From NCBI GenBank assembly GCA_002269645.1, contig NIVC01002070.1, forward strand, positions 104,573 through 168,572: a DNA stretch of 64,000 bases, in the 5' to 3' direction. Both the position numbers and the translations under genes were made by a program. The notes below the pieces were generated by a model that worked only from the letters and a program-made list of their open reading frames with translations, had not been told where the DNA came from and ran no database searches. Of the stretch, positions 46,293 to 59,520 are shown piece after piece; the stretch's first letter is position 1, and every line of letters starts with the position of its first letter. This DNA is from Macrostomum lignano (Eukaryota).

Positions 46293-47913
46293 TCACACCC
46301 AGCTGATGTCCTCCCGAGTCAGTAGACGCCTCTGACAGGTCCTGGCAGATCTGAGCAGCTCTCGCTTGTCCTCGGCAGCGGCAGCAGCTGAGGAGGCGCC
46401 GCAGGCAACCACAGACTTGGCGCGTCGAGCAGACGTCGGTCGGCGATTCTCCTTAGCGGCGGCGACCACCGTCGTTGGAGGAGGCGGCGTCAGCGAGGCG
46501 GGAGAAATGGCGGCGGTGGCGGCTGCAGCCTCGGCAGCTTCCAGACGCGACCGCAGCGACTCAAACTGAGCAATCTGGGCGCTCTTGGCCTGCGAAAGTA
46601 CGAGTAGGAGTAAACGAACGAGATGTCATGATAAAAGTCGTCAAAGAGACTCTGAAACGACTCTAAGGCGATACACGTGACTCTGACGTGACGGTATGAC
46701 AACTCTGGGCGGTAGAGTCGATTTGAGGCGTGCTTGAGTCGCCGAAATGTGTTTTAAGCGCATTTGCGTCGCTAGCACAACGATTCCTAAACGAATCTTT
46801 CGCAACTCTTTTTACGATTCTACAACTTGAGTGACGCGTTTGAGTTGTTAACCAGTCACAAGAGTCACCAGCGAGTTGTTTACAATGACTTCACTTTGTA
46901 GTGATGCTTGTCACGCCCACATTTTCAACGGATAATTAGGCAGTCATGACCCTCACGCTAAGCGGTGCTCACAGTGCTCAGCGGTCCGGAACGGGTACCT
47001 TGATCTTCTAATTATAACTCCGCAAAAATTGACGAAGGCATTGCAGCTGTACTGGTAAATGAATAACTACCTGCACTCGCTGGGCCAGGTGCTCCAGCTT
47101 GCGGCACAGCCGGTCCCGCCGCTCCCGCGCTTTCTCGCCCGACTCGCCGCCGCCTGCACCGTCGTTTTCACAGTCGCCGACGTCTCGAATTCGACGGGCC
47201 AGCTCGGCGTATCGTCTGGTCAGCTCGAGCAGCTCCCGGTGCATCTCGTGAAGCAGCTCGCAGGCGCGCAGCCTGTCGCTGGACAGAGTGACGGCGGCAG
47301 CGGCAGATGCGGCGGTGTCTGCGCCAGACGAAGTCGACGCCGTCGATCGAGGCGACGCTTTGCTGCTGGCGCTCTTCGCAATGGGCGCAGCGGCTGGCTG
47401 GGTTTTGAGCAGGCCCAGCACAGTCTGCAGGTTGGCCGGCAGGTTGTGCGAGGTGCCCGGCCGGCCGGCCAGGAAGCCAGGCGGTTTCGGCCGCTGCGGC
47501 TGCGGCCGGCGCCGCCGACTCTGACCGTCGGCATCGCTGTTGGGCTTCGACGCGCCATCAGATTTCGATGATAGAATTTCTAGGCGAAGCGCTTCGAGCT
47601 GCTGCTCCAGGCTGCGACAGCGGGCCTCGATGTCGGCCGATTGCCGGCTGAAGACTTCAGCTGGAGGGGGCGGCGGCGGCGGCATGGAAGGAGGCGCGGC
47701 GGGCGGGCTGGTGGTCAGCAGGTGCCGGAACCGGGCGGTCTCGCTGGCCAGCTGGCGCATGTCGGCCTCAGCCGAGTTTCTCTCGCTTTCTAATCGGCGA
47801 ATTTTGTCCAATAGGCGGCTTAACGACGAGGCCACGGCCAGCTTGGGGCTGCTGGGGGATGCGTCGGTGTTGGCTCCGCTCCAGGCCGGCGCGACTGGCG
47901 CTTGCGTCGTCAT
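46293..47913 (-). CDS. CEP57: CEP57/translokin-like centrosomal protein; exons 47913-47071 and 46589-46293
   Basis: LLDKIRRLESERNSAEADMRQLASET, FLAGRPGTSHNLPANLQTVLGLLK, LEHLAQRVQ|AKSAQI, C-terminal ELLRSARTCQRRLLTREDISWV; phase-0 intron. Confidence 0.8.
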
Positions 47914-48149
47914 GACTTGCGACGGCAGCTGGTCGGGCTGGGGTGTTGAATGAATCAGTGATACGATACGCAATATAGGGGAAAAAAGAAATTCAAATTA
48001 GGAAATTCCTATCTAGGATATCAGATTTAGAGGGATCTAAAGTTGGGGATTTCATTTGGGGAATCCCCAAACTTAAAAAAAATTTGGGGAATTCCAAGCT
48101 CAAAATACAAATATGGGCAATCCCAAGCTGAGAATTCAAACATGAGGGA

Positions 48150-48840
48150 ATCCCCAGCTGAGGCTTCAGACATGAGGAATCCCCAGTTGAGGCTTCAGAC
48201 ATGAGGAATCCCCAGTTGAGGAATTCAAACATAAGAGAATCCCCAGCTGAGGAATTCAAACATGAGGGAATCCCCAGCTGAGGAATTCAAACATGAGAGA
48301 ATCCCCAGCTGAGGAATTCAAACATGAGGGAATCCCCAGCTGAGGAATTCAAACATGAGGAAATCCCCAGCTGAGGAATTCAAACATGAGGGAATCCCCA
48401 GCTGAGGAATTCAAACATGAGAGAATCCCCAGCTGAGGAATTCAAACATGAGGGAATCCCCAGCTGAGGAATTCAAACATGAGGAAATCCCCAGCTGAGG
48501 AATTCAAACATGAGGGAATCCCCAGCTGAGGAATTCAAACATGAGGGAATCCCCAGCTGAGGAATTCAAACATGAGGGAATCCCCAGCTGAGGAATTCAA
48601 ACATGAGGGAATCCCCAGCTGAGGAATTCAAACATGAGGGAATCCCAAACAGGGATTCAAACATGGGGGAATCTCAAAATGAGGCTTCAAACATGAGGGA
48701 ATCCCAAACTGAGGAATTCGAACATGGGGGAATCCGCAGCTGAGGAATCCAAACATGAGGGAATCCCAAACTGAGGAATTCAAAACTTAGCAATCCCAAA
48801 ATGAGGAATTCAAAACTGGGGGAATCCACAGCTGAGGAAT
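48150..48840. repeat. 31-bp minisatellite (TGAGGAATTCAAACATGAGGGAATCCCCAGC)n
   Basis: Direct inspection. Confidence 0.93.
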
Positions 48841-49496
48841 TTAAACGGAGGATCCCAAGCCAATGTTAGAATATACGCGAATCTAATCTGAGCTAATAAA
48901 ATCACTATGGTACATAAAAAGAGAACAAAGTCACAGAGACACAGACACAATTTAGTTATAAACGAAAGTCAAAGACACGTGCACAACAAATTTAACTGTT
49001 TGTTATAAGATTTGCACTCAAGCGGCAAAGCAAGACCGTATTAGGACATTAATGATGTTGTGAAGGGAGACAGAACAGGCGAACACCCAAACTAATTAGC
49101 GGATAAATGCAAGCCCTGTTACCGCTAAAAGAACGTTGGAAAACTTGAAAACGCTTAACTCAAAACGTCCATCTGTACTTTAATATTCAATGAATGCCCC
49201 TTACACTCAGAGAGATAACCTATCAGACACTTATATGTCTAGAATTTCAATGTCGTACTGTTTGATGATGTAGAAAAATACACGGTCATCAGTATTACTA
49301 TAGAGAAGGGCAGGGGCAATAGCGAACTCCATTTATAGTCAGCTAGACATTATTGCACAGTGAAAGATGATGTCAGAAAAAAATAGTCACAGACAATCTT
49401 CCAGTGGAGGTGAAACTGTCAATAAACTATCGTAAATCTAAATTAGCGCCAAATAAGTAAGGCAGTAAAACAAACCGGTTAGACTAGTTTGAGAAA

Positions 49497-49937
49497 TTTT
49501 GAGCTCATGAAGTTTCGAGCTTGTGAAGCTTCGAGCTCATGAAGTTTCGAGCTTGTCAAGTTTCGAGCTTGCGAAGCTTCGAGCTTGTGAAGCTTCGAGC
49601 TCATGAAGTTTTGAGCTTGTGAAGCTTCGAGCTCATGAAGTTTCGATCTCATGAAGTTTCGAGCTTGTGAAGCTTCGAGCTCATGAAGTTTCGAGCTTGT
49701 GAAGCTTCGAGCTCATGAAGTTTCGAGCTCATGAAGTTTCGAGCTCATGAAGTTTCGAGCTTGTGAAGCTTCGAGCTCATGAAGTTTCGAGCTTGTGAAG
49801 CTTCGAGCTCATGAAGTTTCGAGCTCATGAAGTTTCGAGCTCATGAAGTTTCGAGCTTGTGAAGCTTCGAGCTCATGAAGTTTCGAGCTTGTGAAGCTTC
49901 GAGCTCATGAAGTTTCGAGCTTGTGAAGTTTCGAGCT
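49497..49937. repeat. 16-bp minisatellite (GAAGYTTCGAGCTCAT / GAAGYTTCGAGCTTGT)n
   Basis: Direct inspection; rich in short palindromes (AAGCTT, GAGCTC, TTCGAA-like). Confidence 0.93.
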
Positions 49938-50441
49938 TAGGAATTTTCGAGCTATGAAAAAGCCCCTGTGACGCTGTCTAATTTTGGCGCAAATTTAAAA
50001 TTGGCGATAATTTTTCAGTGCGTTGGGGGGGGGGGGGAACTGGAAAATTAGTCTCGAAAAACATTGGAACCAGCCTGTTAGCAGGTTCGAGCTGAATAGA
50101 TATCTTAGTATTTTGAATTCAGTAGAAAATATAAGCATAAATGAGAGTAAATTACAGTGTGGATATTTAAAAAAAAATAGGCCGAGCTGATGAAGCAGCT
50201 AAAACCGCTACTCGGTGTGGAAACAATTCAGGGCCAGCATTTTGGAATCGGGAACAAACTGAATAAGTCGATTGGGGCACAACACAGACATAACGCTGCT
50301 CGATATCTATACTCAAACACAATTGAAGTACTTGATGCTCTTTTAGACGCCACAAATTCTGCAGTCCTCCATTGATTAAATTAATATCTAGAATTGCTAG
50401 CTTGATGCCAGCTCATAGTAAATACACTACTATTAGTACTG

Positions 50442-52700
50442 TCACTGGGCCTGCTGCAGCGGTGCCGCAGTTGTAGCCGCCGACGACGAAGAAGTCGAAG
50501 GATGATTTGTGGAAGATGGCGGAGGCGGAGGTGGCGGCGGCGGCGGCGCCATGGCGCCCTGCGGAGCGGCAGCCGCGCCAGCGGTGATTGGCTGGCGGCA
50601 TTCCCGACAGCGGTGCTGCTGCGCCTGCGGCTCGGTGGCCGGCAGCTCCATGTCCGAGCCGGCATCGGACTCGGACAGGTTGCGGGTCAGCCGGTCCCGC
50701 TTGTCCGACTCCGTCTGAAGGCGCCGCTTCAGTCTGGTGTTCTCCTGCACCAGGCAGCGCTCCTCCTGCTCCAGCTTGCTCATCTTGAGCTGGTGCTCAG
50801 CCTGGCTTTGGTCCAACTGCTGGCGAAGATTCTCCAGGTCCGACTTCAGCTGGTTGATGTGGCTGGCCATGGCTTCGGGATCCGTGAGGCTGCACTCCAC
50901 CTGCAGGAGCGTTAGAAGAAACAGTGTAAACACCGATCTCTACATGACTATCACTAATCTCTACATGCCTGTCACTAATCTCTACATGCCTGTCACTAAT
51001 CTCTACATACCTATCACCAATCTACCTGCCTATCACCAATCTCTCTACTACTCCGTGGGTAACCTGCTCACCTGCATATCAGAGGTGCTAGACGATTGGC
51101 GACTTCGCCTTGACGTTTCGGGACCCTCCCCGCTGGAGGTGGCAGCGGCAACGGCAGCAGCGGCGAGACTGCCTTCAAGCCGACGCTGGAGACTCTTTTT
51201 CTCCGCCTCGAGTTTCTCCATCCGCTTCCACAACCGGTTCACCAGCGATTCCTGGCGTTCGGGATTGATGTCAAAACATTTAAGCTCAAGTCTGCACTGG
51301 GCTGTCACCCCCAGGTATGTCAAAGCCAGGCAACACACGGCAGCAACATAGCGTCTCACCTGCTCCTGCTCCAGCGCGTTCTCAAGTGACACCTTCTCCT
51401 GGCGAAGCTGGTCCAGCGAGGCCTGCTTAGCGCACACGTCATTCTCCAATTTTTCAATCCGTTTGAGCAGCTTGTTCACCTGGGCCTCCTGTTCGCGTTC
51501 TAGCTCCATCTCGAGGTCCACCTTTTCCTGCGTTGAACAATTGATGTTTAAAGTTTTTTCTATAATAGAACCGATATGTATCGATAATATATAATACTCA
51601 GCCAAATTCTAAGGACATAACAATCGTGTTCTGATCTATGAATAGTTTATTTGATAGGAGCTATGAGCTAGCTAATTAGCGCAAACCTGCTTAAGCCGGA
51701 AAAGACGCCTGGTGAGATCGTTAGTGAGATGCTCCTCCTCCTGCTCGTAGCTCTGGGCCAGGCGCTCCTTCTCCTTCTGAAGATTCTGAATCTTCTTCAG
51801 CATTGTGTTGGTAATGTACTCCTCTTCCTGCTCGGCCTTGGCCTGAATGCTCACGCTATTCCGGCGCAGTTCCAGGTTCTCCTGCTGTAGGGCTTTCACG
51901 CGCAGCTTCAAAGTTTCAACCTCCATGCGTAGGACGCGCTTCTCCTGTGGAATGAATTGAGGCGGCAATGTACAGGGGTAGATAGAAGTCGCTGTTTAGA
52001 AGGCTGGGTAGAGGTGGTGAAGTGGTGGAGTAGAGATGGCTTCCTAAAGACAACTTGGAGGGGTGGCTCACTAAAGTACAGTGGATGTGGTGACTCACTA
52101 AAGTACAACGGATTGGGTATAGGTGGCTCAATAAAGTACAACGGATGGGTAGGGGTGGCTCACTAAAGTACAGTGGGTGGGTAGGGGTGGCTCACTAAAG
52201 TACAGTGGATGGGTGGCGTAGGGGTGATTCACTAAAGTACAACGGACAAGTGGGGTAGGGGTGATTCACTAAAGTACAGTGGATGGGTGGGGTAGGGGTG
52301 ATTCACTAAAGTACAACGGATGGGTGGGGTAGGGGTGATTCACTAAAGTACAGTGGATGGGTAGGGGTGGCTCACTAAAGTACAGTGAATGGGGTAGGGG
52401 TGGCTCACTAAAGTACAACGGATAAGATAGGGGTGGCTCACTAAAGTACAACGGATGAAACAGGGGTGGCTCACTAAAGTACAACGGATGAAATAGGGTT
52501 GGCTCACTAAAGTACAGTGAATGGGGTAGGGGTGGCTCACTAAAGTACAGCGGGTTAGACAGGGGAGATTGCCCTGGCACTACCTGCAGCAGAGAGTCAA
52601 TACGCCGCCGCAGTGACTCCATGCCCATGCCGGCAGACACTGAGCCATCAACTGACGAAGCATCAGACTCGGACGCGCTGTCGCACTGCATTGATGACAT
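50442..52700 (-). CDS. CCDC6: Coiled-coil domain-containing protein 6; exons 52700-52584, 51944-51687, 51527-51360, 51251-51072, 50900-50442
   Basis: [57 protein letters not shown]|[26 protein letters not shown]; all phase-0 introns. Confidence 0.96.
52065..52555. repeat. ~33-35-bp minisatellite, CCDC6 intron 1
   Basis: GTGGCTCACTAAAGTACAGTGGATGGGTAGGG units. Confidence 0.9.
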
Positions 52701-52949
52701 TTTTGGCTAAATAATCTGTTGCTAGGCAAGAGCATGAGTTGGATTTCATGACAAATTCGTTAAAAATATTTGGTCAAAAAACTTAATGAAAATGTTTTCA
52801 TAGGTTTTTGTTGCTTTGATAGAGACACATTATTTGTCTAAGTTGCAATGAATCTATTCTCCTTAGGTTGAAATTTTTTTTATTCCATAGACTCAGCTTG
52901 GATAGAATGAGAATGAGAATGAGACATGAGAATCAAACTACTTCTTGAT

Positions 52950-53800
52950 AAGGGAACTGCTGAGGCTTACTGGGGAACTGCTGAGATGTAAGGCTTCCTG
53001 GGGAACTGCTGAGATGTCAAGGCTTCCTGGGGAACTGCTGAGATGTCAAGGCTTCCTGGGGAACTGCTGAGCTGTCAAGGCTTACTGGGGGATACTGAGA
53101 TGTAAGGCTTCCTGGGGAACTGCTGAGATGTCAAGGCTTCCTGGGGAACTGCTGAGATGTCAAGGCTTCCTGGGGAACTGCTGAGATGTCAAGGCTTCCT
53201 GGGGAACTGCTGAGATGTCAAGGCTTCCTGGGGAACTGCTGAGATGTCAAGGCTTCCTGGGGAACTGCTGAGATGTCAAGGCTTCCTGGGGAACTGCGAG
53301 ATGTCAAGGCTTACTGGGGAACTGCTGAGATGTCAAGGCTTCCTGGGGAACTGCTGAGATGTCAAGGCTTCCTGGGGAACTGCTGAGATGTCAAGGCTTC
53401 CTGGGGAACTGCTGAGATGTCAAGGCTTACTGGGGGATACTGAGATGTAAGGCTTCCTGGGGAACTGCTGAGATGTCAAGGCTTCCTGGGGAACTGCTGA
53501 GATGTCAAGGCTTCCTGGGGAACTGCTGAGATGTCAAGGCTTCCTGGGGAACTGCGAGATGTCAAGGCTTACTGGGGAACTGCTGAGATGTCAAGGCTTC
53601 CTGGGGGATACTGAGATGTAAGGCTTCCTGGGGAACTGCTGAGATGTCAAGGCTTCCTGGGGAACTGCTGAGATGTCAAGGCTTACTGGGGTAATTGCTG
53701 GGATGTCAAGGCTTACTGGAGGAATTGCTGGGATGTCAAGGCTTACTGGAGGAATGGCTGGGATGCCAAGTCTTATGGGGGAATTGCTAAGATGTCAAGG
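52950..53800. repeat. 29-bp minisatellite upstream of CCDC6
   Basis: GGCTTCCTGGGGAACTGCTGAGATGTCAA units. Confidence 0.95.
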
Positions 53801-54199
53801 CAAATAGGATACACAAATTATTTTCGTCCCTTGCTTATTGGCCGCCCCAAAGGGGGGCACAAGATTGCTAGTCAATATGCTTAAGATACATAATAAATAT
53901 ATTATTTCTAATACTTATTGACCAAAGGCCAAAGCAATGCATCGAACCTTTAAATTGGAATTCAATCATTTTTAAATATCTATAGGTTGCTATTCAGTAC
54001 ATAAAAGAAATCAATAATTGTTTTTGCAAAACAATTGACCAAAGCTTAAAAAAAGAATTGTGATTTTTTGTTTTCTTGATTGGTATATCCTTGCTTTCAT
54101 TTTCTTTATCATTTAACTTCCAAATAACTATATATAAAGTTTTAATTGCTTATGGTTTCATCAGAGATCAAGATCAAACTAAAAGATAATAATCAATTT

Positions 54200-55450
54200 A
54201 TCAGCAACATCAAATACTTCCAGACAAATCAGTTATAATATAAGGGGCATATCCAATGTTTGTTTAATAACTGTATTAAATTAAAACAAACTATAGGAAA
54301 GTTACAGCTCTCAATAGTCCTTTGAGATAGCATTTGTTTACAATAAATACATATTGCTAGAACTTTGGCTGCTTCCAAATTCTAATGGCAGTGCCAGAAT
54401 CACATGTTTGTTATATAGCTTAGAAAACTATACTAAAAAGCTTATCTTTAGGCAATAGCAGTAACAGGTTAGGGTCACATTGATTTATATCTGGAGTGTG
54501 TATGCTAAATAAATCAGCTTTTTTAATAGTTTCTATATAGCCCTATAGGACTAGTACTGTCATGCAACCAAATATGGCAGGTCCCTCTTAAGAATCTAGT
54601 GTATAATCACTAATATTAATCTTAATAATCTTTATAAATTACAAAGTTCCTGACTTTATATAATATTCTTGGTTGACTATCTATCAATGACTTCTAGTTC
54701 CTATATATTAAATATTTAGATCTACAAAAACAAGTTTTTATATTATGATATTGTTAAGCTTATCAAAAATAGTATTATATAGATATATGTGTATTATCGA
54801 ATATATATTAGATTATTTTAGAATATTTGATTATATTTAGATTTGGATTGAGGTAGAATATATTTGACACTAAAAACCATGGTTCAAAAAGTTAAATTTC
54901 AGAGCAGGGATTTCTAGTTTAGCCCACAAGCCTAAAAGTGTCAATTATCTAGAGCTAATGAATGATGCAACATGCTTTTTCAATAATGACATATTTGATA
55001 TAGCTCTTACATTTTCTATCAGTTTCATACAATGCACACATGGATTCATTTATCCACTTGTCTATGCATTGCCCTCAAACAAGATAAAAAGTGTATTTCT
55101 ATTTTAAGAGATCCTATCCTTAATCCTAAGCTAATGTGTATGTCTATACTTGAGTCTATAGGAATAGATGACAGATTTTTAAGCGGCACAAAATGATATT
55201 AATAGAGTTTTTGTATAGTAACAATTGGTTGCTTCATCTTTGCCACTATATATATAAGAGTTATTAGTTTTAGATCAAAGTCAAGGTAAAATGAGACAAA
55301 TGGTAGGTTTGCCTTATGGGTCTGTTGTCTAATATCTTTGGCCTTTGTGCCTCCAATGGATGTTTTTAACTGCCAAGGTAAGTTGTAAAAATGTTGCAGT
55401 CACAAAAATGCACATGGTATTAATTAGATAATGAGGCATTTAGCTTTAAT
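54200..55450 (+). pseudogene. Heavily decayed Mutator (MULE) transposase remnant
   Basis: Broken motifs in order: FYQFHTMH (~55015), GFIYPLVYALPSNK (~55045), MTDF*AA (~55168), IGCF (~55225). These match the MULE DDE-domain pattern (FYQLYTIH, PLVYALL, TDFE.A, GC.FH). Confidence 0.55.
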
Positions 55451-56229
55451 AATACACTCACTCATAATAATAATTCACTCTTAAGCCTTTGTCCACTCTT
55501 AGTCTCTCTTCACTCTCAGCATCTCTCTACTCTTGTGTAGCCTCTTTCTACTTTCATGCAGCCTCTTTCTACTCTCACCCTCTTTATATTCAGGCTTTCT
55601 CTACACTTAGCATTTCTCTATTCTCAATATCTCTCTGCTCTTAGCATTTTCAAATCTTACCCTTTTTCTACTCTCAGTGTCTTTCCATTCTCACCCTCTA
55701 CTCTTAGCATCTCTCTACTCTTTTGTAGTCTCTATCTACTCTCCCCTTTCTCTACTTTTAGGCTCATTCCACTCTTAGCATCTTTCTATTCTCAGCTCCT
55801 TTCCACTTTCAACATCTCTCTACTCTCACTCTCTTTCTACTCTCAAAATCTCTTCACTCTTATGCAGCCTCTCTCCACTCTCACCTTTTCTCTACTCTCT
55901 AAGAAACAGTGGGTGAGAGTGATTTTTTGACCATAAAATTCATTTTTGACAGTGGGATTGATTGCTCTTCCAAAAAGGATATAACTTTTATTGGCTGGAC
56001 ACTTATCAAATAGCAGTTATCCTGCATTGGTCCCTGCATTGGAGCCTAAATAGTTTTTGATAAAGAAAAACCATTAAAATGGCAGGTGTATACCCATGTG
56101 TTGTGTGCATATAGTCTGTTATCAATGGAAAAGAAGCTATTAAATGCTTATAGTGTTGCAAAAGACAGCATTGTGCATACAATAGTTGCATTACGCTATA
56201 GTATGCTGCAATAAAATGAGTTTTTCTTG

Positions 56230-56913
56230 CTATGCAATCGATGCCTTAGGCTAATTGCAGGTATGCCTTCATCTGCACCCTAAGCTGCTCCAGTTGCTAC
56301 TATGCAGCCAACCTTTCTAGGATCAAGACTAGGTAGTAAGCTAATTGACCAAGAGGAGCCATTGCTTTTAGTCTTTCATATAGAAGTGGAAGAGAGGTTT
56401 TTATTTCATTATTTCAATTTTCTGATGCTGAACTTGTGCTCAAAGAATCTATTCACAAGCCTCCAATGTTGGCACCACCTTTTAGCCTATCCCTGCAGGC
56501 TTTTGAGCATATTCCAAGTGCTTGATTTAGCCACAACAAAGACTTTGCTAGTGCAGTATATCAGGCATGATCTATGCAATCGATGCCTTAGGCTAATTGC
56601 AGGTATGCCTTCATCTGCACCCTAAGCTGCTCCAGTTGCTACTATGCAGCCAACCTTTCTAGGATCAAGACTAGGTAGTAAGCTAATTGACCAAGAGGAG
56701 CCATTGCTTTTAGTCTTTCATATAGAAGTGGAAGAGAGGTTTTTATTTCATTATTTCAATTTTCTGATGCTGAACTTGTGCTCAAAGAATCTATTCACAA
56801 GCCTCCAATGTTGGCACCACCTTTTAGCCTATCCCTGCAGGCTTTTGAGCATATTCCAAGTGCTAGATTTAGCCACAACAAAGACTTTGCTAGTGCAGTA
56901 TATCAGGCATGAT
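56230..56913. repeat. 342-bp direct tandem duplication
   Basis: 56230-56571 nearly identical to 56572-56913 (ORFs at 56302 and 56644 start identically). Confidence 0.93.
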
Positions 56914-57293
56914 CTTCACTGCTTGCTGCATGTCAAGAGCTGGCAAAACAGCAACACTTACTATTGTTGCAATAAAACTACACCAAAATGTCTAGGCTCA
57001 TATGTCAAGCATCAAGACAGAACAAATCACGCCTTGAAAGAGCATACCTACAATTCAGTTGATCAGCCAGTTGAAAAAAAGATTTATTATAGCTCAGGTA
57101 AAAACAGAAACAAAGTGAGTGCCATTCAAATCTGCTTGCATTTTTGTTAAGGAGAAAGTAAGAGAGCTCTTAAAAGAAGTATAGACTGATTAATATAGAT
57201 TCCTAAAGTTGCAATGCTAATTATTCTTATAAAAAGCCATTCCACAGAGCTAGTTAATATCCATTTTCAGGTTGATCCTAAGTGTGTGCCATA

Positions 57294-57585
57294 TACATGC
57301 GCAACCTCCAACATTCAGTCGGCCATGCAACTTAGTTTTAACAAAAATGCGACATAGTTTTTGGCAAAAAATGCGACTTACATGTAAAAAACCCTAAAGC
57401 AAAATTAACGCAACTTTGGGTAAACGGCAGGAGTAACTATGACTTTCTTATTAGGTCAAAATGCCTCATCAGCTACTTAGTACTACTATTTTAGTATTTT
57501 TTGGGTGGGAATTTTTGCGACTTCCTTGATTGGCCGCCAAATCGGTTGGCCCGATCAGCTGACTTGGCCAACTGTTGCACATGTA
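57294..57585 (-). mobile_element. ~290-bp MITE with TIRs TACATGCGCAAC / GTTGCACATGTA (CpG-decayed copy)
   Basis: Both TIRs are visible; the interior is the reverse complement of 63740-64000. Confidence 0.82.
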
Positions 57586-59442
57586 TGGTGTGCCCCCAGA
57601 TTTTGATTGCAAGACATTATTGTCCAAGAGACAAATAGATAGCACTTTGTTTTTATGTCTACAATATAATGGGAGATCCTATCTACCCAACATATTCTGC
57701 ACTATAATGGCACATTTGGCATTGTCAAGGCACCTTATATGCAGCTGCACAGCCTTCATAGAGTCATTTGCTATGACAATTGAGAAAATCTGGTACCACT
57801 GGTATTCTTTCTAATATCAGGTAAGGTTCAGGCTGAATACCAGGCCTACTTCTAGCAGGTATGAGAGTTAACTAATAATGCACCAATCCAATTTATCTGC
57901 AACTTTGAGTTGGCCACCTAGCAAGCCATTTGGCTAGTTTATCTAGCAGCCTAAGTTTGTGGAATGTGGTTGCTTTTTTCATTATTACCAGGCTATTTTC
58001 AGGCAAGTCCAGTCTTTTGGATTGCAGATGCAGTATTTAACTTCCCTGATAGTAAAGTTATTAGAATGTATGCTACTTTTGATTTCTTGTCTGCCATTTC
58101 TTTGTATGCTAGATGGTCTTGCAGCCTGCACTGCAATGGCAAGAGCAAATTAGCACTTTCTAGAGCTAATAGAATGTGTGTGCAACTTGGCTATAGCACC
58201 TTATATGGGACTGAGATACCATTTTCATCTTTGAGTGGTTCACAAGGATGAAAAATACCATGGAGGCTTCAGCTTGGCACACATAGCTCAACAAGAGTAG
58301 AAAAAAGTGCTGAATTTGTATTTTCTACTAGCCCTACTTTAGTATAACATACAACAGGTGCAGTGTCTGCTATAGCAAGTTCACCAAGGCCACACTATCA
58401 GGCATTACTAGCAAATGTATCCTAGGTAAATGCAAGTGAATATTAGGTTTGAGACATTCTACCAATACCTGGGAGAGGGCACATAGTTGTTGATTGCCAT
58501 ATTTCTTTGGGCCTTTAGCCATATTTATGCATAACCAAAATAGCAGCAAGAGGGTAAAGATGATATGTAGCAGAATTGATTAAAATCTTTCTATTTTGCC
58601 TGATTTAAGTGGCAACATTTATAATTAATCATTTTATTTAAATTGAGTCATCATAAATCTAAATTCATTGCTTGCTTAGCAAATAGCTATCATTATCTTT
58701 CAGTTTATCTTTCAGTTTATAATCACCACTTAAAATTGAATAAACATGTTATATTTATTTAATATATATTAATACATATATATTTATTTAACTGTTTATT
58801 CAATTTTCAATTTTCATTACTACCCTGATGATGACCTACAAGGGTCAAAATATATTGGCCATAATATATAAGAAAATAAATATAAGTTAATGTTTGTTTT
58901 CTTTTTCATAATATTTGATATGATTTAAGTTTTTGCCTAGGTTAGGTAGGATAGGCCTAATCAATACAGTTTTTAATCAAGGCAAACAATAGACTGAATA
59001 ATACAAAAAATTGTAATATCTCTCAAATAATAGGGGCCTATATTAATATTATTAATAAAATAGGCTTATTCTTATATTATTTTCTACTTTAGGCCCTATA
59101 TTTTTATTTTTACATTATAGGCATCCCAACCCTAGCCACAGCCACAGATTTTATTAAATTATAGGCTTAATATTTTATTATGCCAATGGGGCCATTTTGT
59201 TAGGCCTATTATAATAAATAGGCATTTGGCAATAGCCTAGGCCTAGTGTATACCTAGGCCTTAATGGTAGATGACCAAGATGGCTACATACCAAGAACAA
59301 GATGGCCATACTCCATAGTTAAAATGTCTAAATAGATAGACCTAAATAATGTTTATATATTTCTTTATTACTAATTAGTCATAATTAGTCTTGGGAATAA
59401 ATCTTCAAGTCTTAAAGAGATAAATATATTATATATATATTA

Positions 59443-59520
59443 TGGCAGTGCTTATTCCCATGGTACCGTTGGAATAAGACAGAAATTATTCCTACGGTAC
59501 CGTGGGGATAAGCACTGCCA
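59443..59520. other. 78-nt foldback: 35-bp arms, 8-nt loop
   Basis: TGGCAGTGCTTATTCCCATGGTACCGTTGGAATAA - GACAGAAA - TTATTCCTACGGTACCGTGGGGATAAGCACTGCCA; 3 mismatches, two of them G:U-compatible on the + strand. Confidence 0.85.

Noticed and set aside
56230-57150. ORFs MQPTFLGSRL... as genes, or as a hAT transposase remnant on the minus strand
   Set aside because: They arise from the 342-bp duplication in decayed DNA; no convincing motif on either strand.
58826-58862. Penelope/GIY-YIG-like terminal motif (CTGATGATGACC...GGTCAAAATAT)
   Set aside because: Short and decayed, with no adjacent recognisable RT or endonuclease remnant.
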